Shown here one piece after another: positions 57,699 to 64,000 of a DNA stretch of 64,000 nucleotides. The notes under the pieces were generated by a model that was not told the DNA's origin, made no database searches, and saw nothing but the letters and a program-made list of their open reading frames with translations. Both the position numbers and the translations under genes were made by a program. Source of the stretch: Candidatus Krumholzibacteriia bacterium. Lineage in GTDB: Bacteria; Krumholzibacteriota; Krumholzibacteriia; WVZY01. Where the stretch lies: positions 42,733 to 106,732 of the forward strand of contig JBHHVD010000001.1 in the NCBI GenBank assembly GCA_046754105.1. The letters are read 5' to 3'. Numbering within the stretch: the first letter of the stretch is position 1; the number at the start of each line of letters is the position of its first letter.

Positions 57699-59009
57699 AT
57701 GGACAAGAAGAACTCTCAGAGCACGGAAAAGCATCTTGCAAAATATCAGGAGCTTGTAGGAAAGCGCAAGACATTGCAAGCGCGCCTGGAGAGAATCAAT
57801 GCGGAAAAGGGATCGGTCAAGGAAGCGATCTACGAAAAGGTCCGGGGCGAGTACGAGAAGCAGTTGGGCGAACTCGAGAACGAGATCCAACCCGTGAAAG
57901 ATGAGGTAGACAAGACCCGCCGTATGATCAAGGACCAGCTGGCCAGGATCGACGAGGAAGTCGCCGCACTCGAAGATCAGCTGCAGGAATTCGATCTTCG
58001 CCACCGCGTGGGCGAGTTTGACGAGAATGAACTATCGAAGCTGCGGGATCCGGTCCACCGGCAATCGGACGAGCTATCCGAGAGAAGAAAGCACCTGGCG
58101 CAGACTCACCAGCAGTTGGACGACCCGGACGCGGCCCCGCCGGCCGAAACGACGCGGACGGCCGCCGGCGAGGCACCCACTCCCGACGCCGCGGAACCGG
58201 TTTCGAAAGTGCCGCCCCCAGGTCCCGTCACCAGGCCGAGGCCACCGGCCCCGGTCACAGCGAAGGGTAAGCCACCGGCACCGGATACCGGCGAGCCGGC
58301 AGCCCCCACCGTTCCCCGGAAAGCACCGGCCCCATCGCCACAGCCCACGGCCGCGGCCGCTCCGCCACAACCGCCGGAAGCACCCGAAGCACCCACCGTT
58401 GACGCGCCCGAGATACCCGCTGCCTCACCACCACCCGCCGAGCCGGACGACGGGCTCGTACTGTCCGGAGCCAAGCCCAGCAAGCGCGTGAACAAGATGC
58501 AGGGGCTCGTGGACACGAGCGAGTGGTCGAAGGAGTTTCAGGAAGAGACCCACAAAGGCGGCAAGGGCAGGCGCCACACCGATACGCCGGACGCGCCCAC
58601 GGCCGCCACGGACGACGATCCGCTCGCGGCCCTCTCCGATTCGTCGGCCCCGGCCGGTCCCGCGGCGACCACCCGGGGAAAGAAGCGGGGGGGCGTCGGT
58701 ACGCGGGAGAAGCCCAGGGGCTTTCCCGTCCTCATTATCACCAAGGGTCCCGGTGCGGGCAAGAAGCTGCCGCTAGTGCCGATGACAATGACCATCGGCC
58801 GCGAGCACGACAACAACATCGAGCTGAAAGACGAGGAAGTTTCCCGGTACCACGCGAGAATCTCATACGAAAGCGGCGAATACGTAATAAAGGACCTCGA
58901 CAGTTCCTCGGGGACTTGGGTCAATGAGGAGAGGATCGCGGAGGCAGCACTCAACCAGGGAGACAGAATCCAGGTCGGCGCCACCGAACTGGTCATTGAC
59001 TTTGAGTAG
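57699..59009 (+). CDS. FHA-domain protein: N-terminal coiled coil, Pro/Ala-rich linker, C-terminal FHA
   Basis: Start at internal Met MDKKNSQ. FHA: MTIGREHDNNIELKDEEVSRYHARISYESGEYVIKDLDSSSGTWVNEERI. About 170 residues of PAPxP low complexity. Confidence 0.85.
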   Translation: MDKKNSQSTEKHLAKYQELVGKRKTLQARLERINAEKGSVKEAIYEKVRGEYEKQLGELENEIQPVKDEVDKTRRMIKDQLARIDEEVAALEDQLQEFDLRHRVGEFDENELSKLRDPVHRQSDELSERRKHLAQTHQQLDDPDAAPPAETTRTAAGEAPTPDAAEPVSKVPPPGPVTRPRPPAPVTAKGKPPAPDTGEPAAPTVPRKAPAPSPQPTAAAAPPQPPEAPEAPTVDAPEIPAASPPPAEPDDGLVLSGAKPSKRVNKMQGLVDTSEWSKEFQEETHKGGKGRRHTDTPDAPTAATDDDPLAALSDSSAPAGPAATTRGKKRGGVGTREKPRGFPVLIITKGPGAGKKLPLVPMTMTIGREHDNNIELKDEEVSRYHARISYESGEYVIKDLDSSSGTWVNEERIAEAALNQGDRIQVGATELVIDFE

Positions 59010-59026
59010 CCGGCGCCGCTGGAGCG

Positions 59027-59890
59027 CTAGACCCGCTCGACGGAATTGGCGGATACCCACCCCGAGAGCCCTCCCGGCAGCTGAATCCTCACCCAACCAC
59101 GACGCGCCTCTCCCACCGTTACCATTGTTCCTTCGTGAATCTTGAACCGCAGGGTCGCGTCCTCCGTCGGGCTGCCGAATACAGGTATCTCGCGGGCCAA
59201 CACTACTGCGTCAGGGCGGCGCATTTCCTCCTGCAGCTTGAGATACGAAGAAAAGCCCGTCGTCGCCACCAGGATCACCAGTAACGCGATGGCCGCGAGC
59301 AGTTCCTGGGTTAGTGTCAGACCGAACAATCTTCCCGGCGAAATGACGGACAGCCTGTGATGTACGATCGTGACAAACCGCGTCTCGCGAAAAATGAAAA
59401 CCACGGCCAGAGTGCACAACAGCAGGTAGGCCAGCGATGCAAAAGACAACATCTCGGCGGTTCGCAGGTTGTCGTGAAACCAGATCATTCGCTGCGCCAG
59501 GCGACTCTTGTTCTCGACGAACTGCTTGTCTTTGAGTTGGGTCCTGACCAGAGTCAGGTTTTCTCTCACGTCCGGATCGCGCGGCGACAGCCGCGCCGAC
59601 CTCTCGTAGAACAGCACGGCCCTGCCCAGATCGTTGGTCTTGTAATAAGCGTTACCCAGGTTGTAATAGAGCGTTTCATCCACGACGCCGCCGTCCATTA
59701 CTCCGGTGTACGCTTCTATCGCGCCGGCATAGTCCCCCGACTCGTACAGCGCGTTCGCCCTCGCGAAGAGCGCCCGCGCCGATTCCGCCGCCACCGGCTC
59801 CTCGGCGCGCGCACGCCGTGGTCCCCCTCCTGCCGCATACGCGATCAAGAGTAGCGCGGTGACAAGCCCGAAGCGGCGCATGATCCTCAC
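59027..59890 (-). CDS. batE: BatE-like protein (TPR + TM + C-terminal SH3-like domain)
   Basis: Signal peptide, TPR motifs (YYNLGNAYYKTNDLGRAVLFYERSARLSP), one TM segment, and the C-terminal ...GTMVTVGEARRGWVRIQLPGGLSGWV. Last gene of the bat cluster. Confidence 0.6.
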   Translation of the reverse strand: MRIMRRFGLVTALLLIAYAAGGGPRRARAEEPVAAESARALFARANALYESGDYAGAIEAYTGVMDGGVVDETLYYNLGNAYYKTNDLGRAVLFYERSARLSPRDPDVRENLTLVRTQLKDKQFVENKSRLAQRMIWFHDNLRTAEMLSFASLAYLLLCTLAVVFIFRETRFVTIVHHRLSVISPGRLFGLTLTQELLAAIALLVILVATTGFSSYLKLQEEMRRPDAVVLAREIPVFGSPTEDATLRFKIHEGTMVTVGEARRGWVRIQLPGGLSGWVSANSVERV

Positions 59891-61710
59891 GAAAGGTACC
59901 TCTTCTCTAGGTGTTTCATTATGGCCGCCGCTTCGCGAACCATCTCCGCAACTCCGGCGGCTCCGTCCGACGGCGAGTACTGGACGCTATCACATGCTCT
60001 GAGTACCGCACCGAACCGCTCCCGCTCCTTCGCGTCCGTTCCACACTCCAGGAGAAAGCGGTCGAGGTCCGGGAAAGTGAGTCCCGATGCCGCCAGATTC
60101 ATTTTGTCGGCAACGTATTCGCGGAGCGCACCCGAGATCATGCCGCACGCTTCTTCCGTGCGGCCTTTGCCGTCCAATTCGGCTGCCTTCTTGAGTTTTC
60201 TGGAGGCTTCCCGTGCCGCGCGGCTGGACCGGGCCAGCGAGACGTCGTCCCGCCATCGCCTGCGCCTCCGTTCGAAGGCGAGAGAAACGAGAACGGCCAG
60301 CAGCGGGAAGACATGAAGAGCCGCAAAGAGGCCACTGCGGTAGAAACCCCTGGCCGCTGACGACAACGTCGCGGGAACCGGGTGAATAAAGTTGATGTCC
60401 TTGCCGAGTACCTCGATGTCCTCGCCAGAGCCGGCAAAAATAACCTGCCGCCCCCCTTCCTGCTGCTCGGCCGGTTTAATCTCCATCGATATCGACGCTG
60501 ACCGGATACTCTTGTACTCCTTTGCGATGGGGTCGAAGTAGGACAATCTCACGGGCGGAATGACGGCCTGCCCCTCGTTCCGGGGAACGAGAACGAAGTT
60601 CGACTGTTTTCTCCCTGCGACGACGTAGTCTCGTTTGAAAAGGTCGGCGCTGGAACCGGACTCGTAGATCTTGAACCCGTCGATCTGCGGGAGAACGGGA
60701 GCCGCCATGGTCTTGAAATTTCCCTCGCCGCTGACCTCGAGTGTCACGTTGACCGGCTCGCCGGCCCGAATCACCTGTTTGTCGGCACGGAGCGATATCT
60801 CGAGGTTGCGCCCCACCAGACCCGAGAAGTCGGCCGGCTTGCCCTCGACGGGCAACGGCAGCACGACGATCGGTATTTCGTCCGTCGAAAGCCGCCTGGC
60901 GTCGCCGAAACCGAAGGACGAGAACGGTCTCCGGAAGAAATCGTCGAAGGAACGCGCCGCAAAATCGTCGACCACGACGTCCACCCGCGCCGGTCCTATC
61001 GTGTACGTGCCCGGCACGGTTGGAAAGAACCCGCGCTTGATTTCGTTGATCAGATACTTCCGGCCGCCGATCATCTTGTAGTAGTTTTTCTGCGGGGGCA
61101 AGTCTTCCGCCCAGAAACCTTCGGCCGACGGTGCCGAGTAATAGGGACTCTTCGACAAATCGAGGCGGCCATCGGTGTAAAACCCCAGCGTCCAGGTGAC
61201 CTGCTGGCTTACGTAGACGGTGTCCCGGTCCACCCGTGCTCTGATGAAAATATGTGCGTCATCGCTGACCTGCTCCGGTTGTCCACCCGGCGTATCGGGC
61301 GGTGGCAGTTGGCTCGAAGATGCCACGACTTCGATGCTTACCGGATCGGCGGTATAGACCTTACTACCGACCTTGAAGCGAATGGGGGCGATCGTGTAAT
61401 GACCTTCCTTACGGGGCACAACCACGTACGTAAACTTGAGCGAAGAGCTTCTCTGGCCGTTGGAAATGCTGAAGCTCTGCGACGTGCCTGCCTGGTAGAC
61501 CGAGAACTCGTCGAGCACGGGAAGCTCCGGCTGGGACGAGCGGCGAAACTTGCCCTGAACCGCGACGACCAGCGTGGCCTCGCTGCCAACGGGAACGACG
61601 GAAGGTTCGAGCACCGCGGTGATAGTCACGTCTTCGGCCACCGCCGGACCGGCCCCCAGCACCGCGGCCATGATGAAAACCACCACCAGCCATCTTGTCA
61701 AAGGTCTCAC
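59887..61710 (-). CDS. batD: BatD-like oxygen-tolerance protein
   Basis: ~600-aa protein with a signal peptide and a C-proximal TM segment. Positioned between batB/C and batE with 4-nt overlaps. Confidence 0.65.
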   Translation of the reverse strand: MRPLTRWLVVVFIMAAVLGAGPAVAEDVTITAVLEPSVVPVGSEATLVVAVQGKFRRSSQPELPVLDEFSVYQAGTSQSFSISNGQRSSSLKFTYVVVPRKEGHYTIAPIRFKVGSKVYTADPVSIEVVASSSQLPPPDTPGGQPEQVSDDAHIFIRARVDRDTVYVSQQVTWTLGFYTDGRLDLSKSPYYSAPSAEGFWAEDLPPQKNYYKMIGGRKYLINEIKRGFFPTVPGTYTIGPARVDVVVDDFAARSFDDFFRRPFSSFGFGDARRLSTDEIPIVVLPLPVEGKPADFSGLVGRNLEISLRADKQVIRAGEPVNVTLEVSGEGNFKTMAAPVLPQIDGFKIYESGSSADLFKRDYVVAGRKQSNFVLVPRNEGQAVIPPVRLSYFDPIAKEYKSIRSASISMEIKPAEQQEGGRQVIFAGSGEDIEVLGKDINFIHPVPATLSSAARGFYRSGLFAALHVFPLLAVLVSLAFERRRRRWRDDVSLARSSRAAREASRKLKKAAELDGKGRTEEACGMISGALREYVADKMNLAASGLTFPDLDRFLLECGTDAKERERFGAVLRACDSVQYSPSDGAAGVAEMVREAAAIMKHLEKRYLS

Positions 61711-63542
61711 CAGTCCTTTCCTGAACGGCTGACGCGCTTGAACGCAGCCTTGCGTTTTGCCTTCTGCAGTTCCTTCTCCTGCTCTTCGAGCAGCTTCAGG
61801 ATCCGAAGCGCGTCTTCCCGGGTGAGCTTGATGCTCCGGGCTTGTTGTTGCTGCGGGTCGGTCTGGGCTGAATCGGATTCAGACGGGGACGGCGCTTGCG
61901 ACGAGTCAGGCTGTTCTTCATTCGCGTCCGGTTGCTGCTGTTGGTCCTGGTCGGAACCCTGTTGCCCCTCCTGCGACTCCCGGTCCTTGTCGCGGTCGCC
62001 AGGCTTCTGGTCGCTCTGGTCCTGGTTCTGGTCCTGCGATTTGTTCTGTTGATCCTGTTTGTTTTGCTGCTGCTGTTGCTGGTTCTGTTGCTGCTGCTTC
62101 AGGGCCAGCTCGAGATTGTGTCGTGCGTCCCGGTCGTCCGGCAGGTACTGCAGCGTCCGGAGGTAGGATTCAATCGCCTCGCCGAGCTTGCCCATGCGCG
62201 CGAGCGTATTGCCGCGGTTGTAGAATACGCGCCCGGCGCTGAGGCTATCCTCCGTAAAACTTCTGTTGTATCGATTCAAGGCGTCTTCGTACTTGCCCAT
62301 CATGTGCAGCGCGTTGCCCTGGTTATAGAGCACACCCTCCGCTCTCTTTGGCAGTGTCGTCGTATCGCCCATAGCCTCTCGATACAGAAGCAGCGCTTTC
62401 TGGTACTCACCGGCATCGTAGTATTCGTTCCCCGCCTTGACCCGGCCACGGTCGATGCTTCCCGCACACGCCGCGCCGGGAAGGAACGCCACGAGCACAA
62501 TGGCACCCATGATCCCCGTGTGCAGGGGTCTGCGGCGGTTCCTCATCGATCCGCGCCGGGAGACGACCGTCTCCAACCCCAGCAACAGGAACGCCGCGGC
62601 AAGAAACCAGGTAAAGCGATCACTTTTGCGCTCCACGAATTCGCCCTCTATCGTTGTCTTCTGCATACCCGAAATCTCGCGATAAAGAACCTTCAGTTCG
62701 AGTCCCTGCCGGGTGGCCGGCAGGAATTTTCCACCGCTGGCGTCGGATACGAGGCGGAGCGTCTTTTCATCGAGCCTCGTGAGTACCGTTTCTCCCGTCT
62801 TGTCCTTCTTGTACCCCGCGACGGATCCGTCCGTTCCCCTCAGGGGTATCAACTCGCCAGCCGGATTGCCGATGCCAATCGTGTATATACGAATACTTTT
62901 GTCGTTCGCGCGGCGGGCGGATGCGACCGGGTCGCCGGCATGGCCCTCTCCATCCGTTACGAGGATGACCACCCGATCGCTCTTCGCCTTCTCCGCAAAC
63001 AGCGCTATGCTCGTATCGATCGCCTTGTCCAGAGCCGTGCCCGGTTGCGAGATAATATCGACGTCCGCCGTCTGCACAAACATTAGCGCGGCGTCGTAGT
63101 CGACGGTAAGCGGGCAAAGGACGAAGGCCTCTCCCGCGAACGCGACCAGGCCTACACGATCGCCTTTGAGTCCCCGGATCAGATCCACGATTTCCTGCTT
63201 GGCGCGCTCCAGGCGGTTGGGTTTCATGTCCTCCGCCATCATGCTGAGCGAAGTATCGAGCGCGATAACGAGGTCGATTCCTTCTCGCTCCAGCTTGACC
63301 AACTGCTTGCCAAACTGCGGGCGAGCCAGCGCGAGCACCAGCAGTGCAAAGCCCGTGATCTTCAGGATGCTCTTGAGGAGTGTTTTTCGCCAGCTCGCCC
63401 CCGGGGCCAGCGAATCCCTCAGATGCGGACCGGCAAAACGCAGGAGTTCCTTGCGCCGCCGCCGCGCCCCATAGATAAGAAGCCACGCGAGAAATGGCAC
63501 CGCGTACAAGGCACTCAACCATTCTGGATCTGCAAATTCCAT
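61707..63542 (-). CDS. batB: BatB-BatC fusion: membrane-anchored vWA-domain protein with TPR repeats and a Gln/Asp/Ser-rich low-complexity tail
   Basis: Two N-terminal TM segments. vWA with the MIDAS motif DLVIALDTSLSM...TDG. TPR repeats follow. The C-terminus is QQQQNQQQQQQNKQDQQNKSQDQNQDQSDQ.... Confidence 0.75.
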   Translation of the reverse strand: MEFADPEWLSALYAVPFLAWLLIYGARRRRKELLRFAGPHLRDSLAPGASWRKTLLKSILKITGFALLVLALARPQFGKQLVKLEREGIDLVIALDTSLSMMAEDMKPNRLERAKQEIVDLIRGLKGDRVGLVAFAGEAFVLCPLTVDYDAALMFVQTADVDIISQPGTALDKAIDTSIALFAEKAKSDRVVILVTDGEGHAGDPVASARRANDKSIRIYTIGIGNPAGELIPLRGTDGSVAGYKKDKTGETVLTRLDEKTLRLVSDASGGKFLPATRQGLELKVLYREISGMQKTTIEGEFVERKSDRFTWFLAAAFLLLGLETVVSRRGSMRNRRRPLHTGIMGAIVLVAFLPGAACAGSIDRGRVKAGNEYYDAGEYQKALLLYREAMGDTTTLPKRAEGVLYNQGNALHMMGKYEDALNRYNRSFTEDSLSAGRVFYNRGNTLARMGKLGEAIESYLRTLQYLPDDRDARHNLELALKQQQQNQQQQQQNKQDQQNKSQDQNQDQSDQKPGDRDKDRESQEGQQGSDQDQQQQPDANEEQPDSSQAPSPSESDSAQTDPQQQQARSIKLTREDALRILKLLEEQEKELQKAKRKAAFKRVSRSGKDW

Positions 63543-63644
63543 CGTCGTTCCTCGATGCCTTCTTCCAGGTCACCCCGGCGCCCGGTTGCGGTTTCCGGAT
63601 TCCCGCCGCGGGCGTGCGGGTCGCCGGCAAGCCCGCCGGCCGTG

Positions 63645-64000
63645 TCAGGGGATCCTGCGCAAGACGCTTTCGTCCAACCCCATCCGCAGCAGCAACAAGG
63701 CGAGCGCGGGCAGCACGAAGTAAGCAAAACGATCCGTGTAACTGGTGAACGTCTTCGACTCGATCTTGGTCTTCTCCAGTTCATCGATCCGATCGTATAT
63801 CTCGGCCAATTCCCGCGCGGCTGTCGCGTGAAAGTATTCGCCGTCGGTAAGCTGTGCGATCTCTTTCAGTGTATCTTCGTCGAGTTCCATCTCCATCGGC
63901 ACCGTGCGTCTTCCGAACAGCGGATCGTCGACGGGGACCGGCACCGGTCCCCGGGTCCCGACGCCGACGGTGTACACCTTGATGCCCAGCGACTGCGCCA
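63645..64000 (-). CDS. batA: C-terminal part of a BatA-like vWA-domain protein; the gene continues beyond the window edge
   Basis: ...TLKEIAQLTDGEYFHATAARELAEIYDRIDELEK..FAYFVLPALALLLL is the typical BatA/vWA C-terminus with a terminal TM segment. Confidence 0.55.
   Translation of the reverse strand, partial: AQSLGIKVYTVGVGTRGPVPVPVDDPLFGRRTVPMEMELDEDTLKEIAQLTDGEYFHATAARELAEIYDRIDELEKTKIESKTFTSYTDRFAYFVLPALALLLLRMGLDESVLRRIP

Noticed and set aside
61896-63086. 396-aa plus-strand ORF with long Leu/Val runs
   Set aside because: Antisense reading of the CAG/CTG-rich batB/C gene. The minus-strand vWA/TPR reading has clear motifs.

Overview
This is a high-GC (about 65 %) bacterial chromosomal window, coding densely on both strands. 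I found no rRNA, tRNA, CRISPR array, transposase or integrase by eye. Many long ORFs in the six-frame track are antisense artefacts of the high GC content and were rejected. Supported content, in window order:
(i) A P-II-like protein and the N-terminus of a cation/proton-antiporter-like membrane protein at the left edge.
(ii) A secreted M1 (gluzincin) peptidase fused to a C-terminal Omp85-like outer-membrane beta-barrel.
(iii) An envelope-glycan locus: DegT aminotransferase, a GT39/ArnT-like membrane glycosyltransferase, GT2, rmlD, plus two further tandem GT39-TPR paralogues at 21.6-25.5 kb.
(iv) gpmI, and an alkaline-phosphatase/phosphodiesterase-TPR fusion.
(v) A complete F1Fo ATP-synthase operon, atpZ-atpI-atpB-E-F-H-A-G-D-C, with a short epsilon subunit.
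(vi) An orphan GAF-PAS sensor histidine kinase.
(vii) ppx/gppA, and an RluA-family pseudouridine synthase.
(viii) An ArsR/SmtB repressor with a perfect palindromic operator and sigma70 promoter, followed by a P1B heavy-metal ATPase.
(ix) An SGNH hydrolase and an M28 peptidase.
(x) Three paralogous small secreted Cys-containing proteins of unknown function that share an invariant C-terminal tag PVEExTWGxIKA(L/M)Y.
(xi) A DASS transporter, an AlkA-like glycosylase, and a LeuA-like synthase.
(xii) A family-5 ABC peptide importer (binding protein plus two permeases) with no ATPase genes.
(xiii) mutM, a B12-binding radical-SAM protein, a DinB-like protein, and a secreted DUF1579-like protein.
(xiv) An FHA-GAF-HD-GYP phosphodiesterase behind a 410-bp repeat-bearing leader.
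(xv) A eukaryotic-like Ser/Thr kinase operon with surface lipoproteins, a divergent PP2C phosphatase, an FHA protein and a small outer-membrane barrel, directly abutting a batA-batB/C-batD-batE aerotolerance operon.
Taxon cannot be fixed from sequence alone: it is a diderm bacterium, and the Bat operon, TPR-rich proteins and GT39-TPR fusions fit an FCB-like or Gemmatimonadota-like lineage, but this is a guess.
The best candidates for something undescribed are the C-terminal-tagged secreted protein family in (x) and the M1-peptidase::Omp85-barrel fusion in (ii), which has a type-Vd-autotransporter-like architecture.
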